NCBI GenBank assembly: GCA_964036045.1
Contig: OZ038379.1
Span: 31,248,001-31,312,000 of the forward strand
Source of the DNA: Eutreptiella sp. 'Long Island Sound 2002'
Lineage: Eukaryota > Protista > Euglenida
Direction: 5' to 3'
Length of the DNA: 64,000 bases
Shown here: positions 63,286 to 64,000 of the stretch, in pieces
Layout of the letters: each line of letters begins with the position of its first letter
Position numbering within the stretch: position 1 is the stretch's first letter
Made by a program: the position numbers and the translations under genes
Notes under the pieces: model-generated
What the model saw: only the letters and a program-made list of their open reading frames with translations
The model's database searches: none
Told to the model about the DNA's origin: nothing

Positions 63286-63894
63286 GTGGCTACTTAACCC
63301 CTGCCGTCTCGGGGAGCCCCACCGCTTCAAAGCGGGGGACTAAATCAGAAGTGGCCCACAAAGTGGGCGAGGTGGCTACTTAACCCCTGCCGTCTCGGGG
63401 AGCCCCACCGCTTCAAAGCGGGGGACTAAATCAGAAGTGGCCCACAAAGTGGGCAAGGTGGCTACTTAACCCCTGCCGTCTCGGGGAGCCCCTCCGCTTC
63501 AAAGCGGGGGACTAAATCAGAAGTGGCCCACAAAGTGGGCAAGGTGGCTACTTAACCCCTGCCGTCTCGGGGAGCCCCTCCGCTTCAAAGCGGGGGACTA
63601 AATCAGAAGTGGCCCACAAAGTGGGCAAGGTGGCTACTTAACCCCTGCCGTCTCGGGGAGCCCCTCCGCTTCAAAGCGGGGGACTAAATCAGAAGTGGCC
63701 CACAAAGTGGGCAAGGTGGCTACTTAACCCCTGCCGTCTCGGGGAGCCCCTCCGCCTCAGAGCGGGGGACTAAATCAGAAGTGGCCCACAAAGTGGGCGA
63801 GGTGGCTACTTAACCCCTGCCGTCTCAGGGAGCCCCTCCGCCTCAGAGCGGGGGACTAAATCAGAAGTGGCCCACTTGTGGGCGAGGTGGCTAC
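63286..63894. repeat. 86-bp tandem satellite (7 units plus a partial)
   Basis: GTGGCTACTTAACCCCTG starts at 63286, 63372, 63458, 63544, 63630, 63716 and 63802. Units are near-identical and there are no spacers. Confidence 0.97.
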
Positions 63895-64000
63895 ATTGTG
63901 CTTTTTCGCCATTTTTGAATTCTCCACAAAATTCTGAGTATTTTGAGTATAGACACATAGGGTGGAACAAGAAAAATTACCCCTGCCGTAAGCCTAAAAC

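Noticed and set aside
63286-63894. CRISPR array or tRNA/SINE cluster
   Set aside because: The units are contiguous with no unique spacers, there are no cas genes, and no convincing A/B boxes or cloverleaf.

Overview
Repeat-dense eukaryotic nuclear DNA, mostly mobile elements. No rRNA, tRNA or CRISPR array was found. The host is probably a euglenozoan; this is inferred from the VIPER-like retroelements and the repeat types and is not proven. From left to right: (1) a near-full-length Ty3/gypsy chromodomain LTR retrotransposon on the minus strand (1-11451; LTRs differ at 13 of 753 bp) whose pol carries an apparent DIRS-type N6-adenine DNA methyltransferase domain between protease and RT; (2) a 1.7-kb array of 52-bp units built from nested palindromes, next to a decayed intronless ORF with an Upf1-like SF1 helicase; (3) two RNase H-bearing LINE insertions with clear target-site duplications, one with a twin-priming 5' inversion; (4) two head-to-tail tyrosine-recombinase retroelements in gag-YR-RT/RH (VIPER-like) order; (5) two tandem Helentron/HINE-like non-autonomous elements, one holding a ~190-bp array; (6) L1/Tx1-like RT fragments and microsatellites; (7) a spliced FEN1/XPG-family nuclease gene on the minus strand with a MITE and a deleted TIR transposon in its introns; (8) an 86-bp satellite. 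Domain calls come from motifs recognised by eye, not from database searches.
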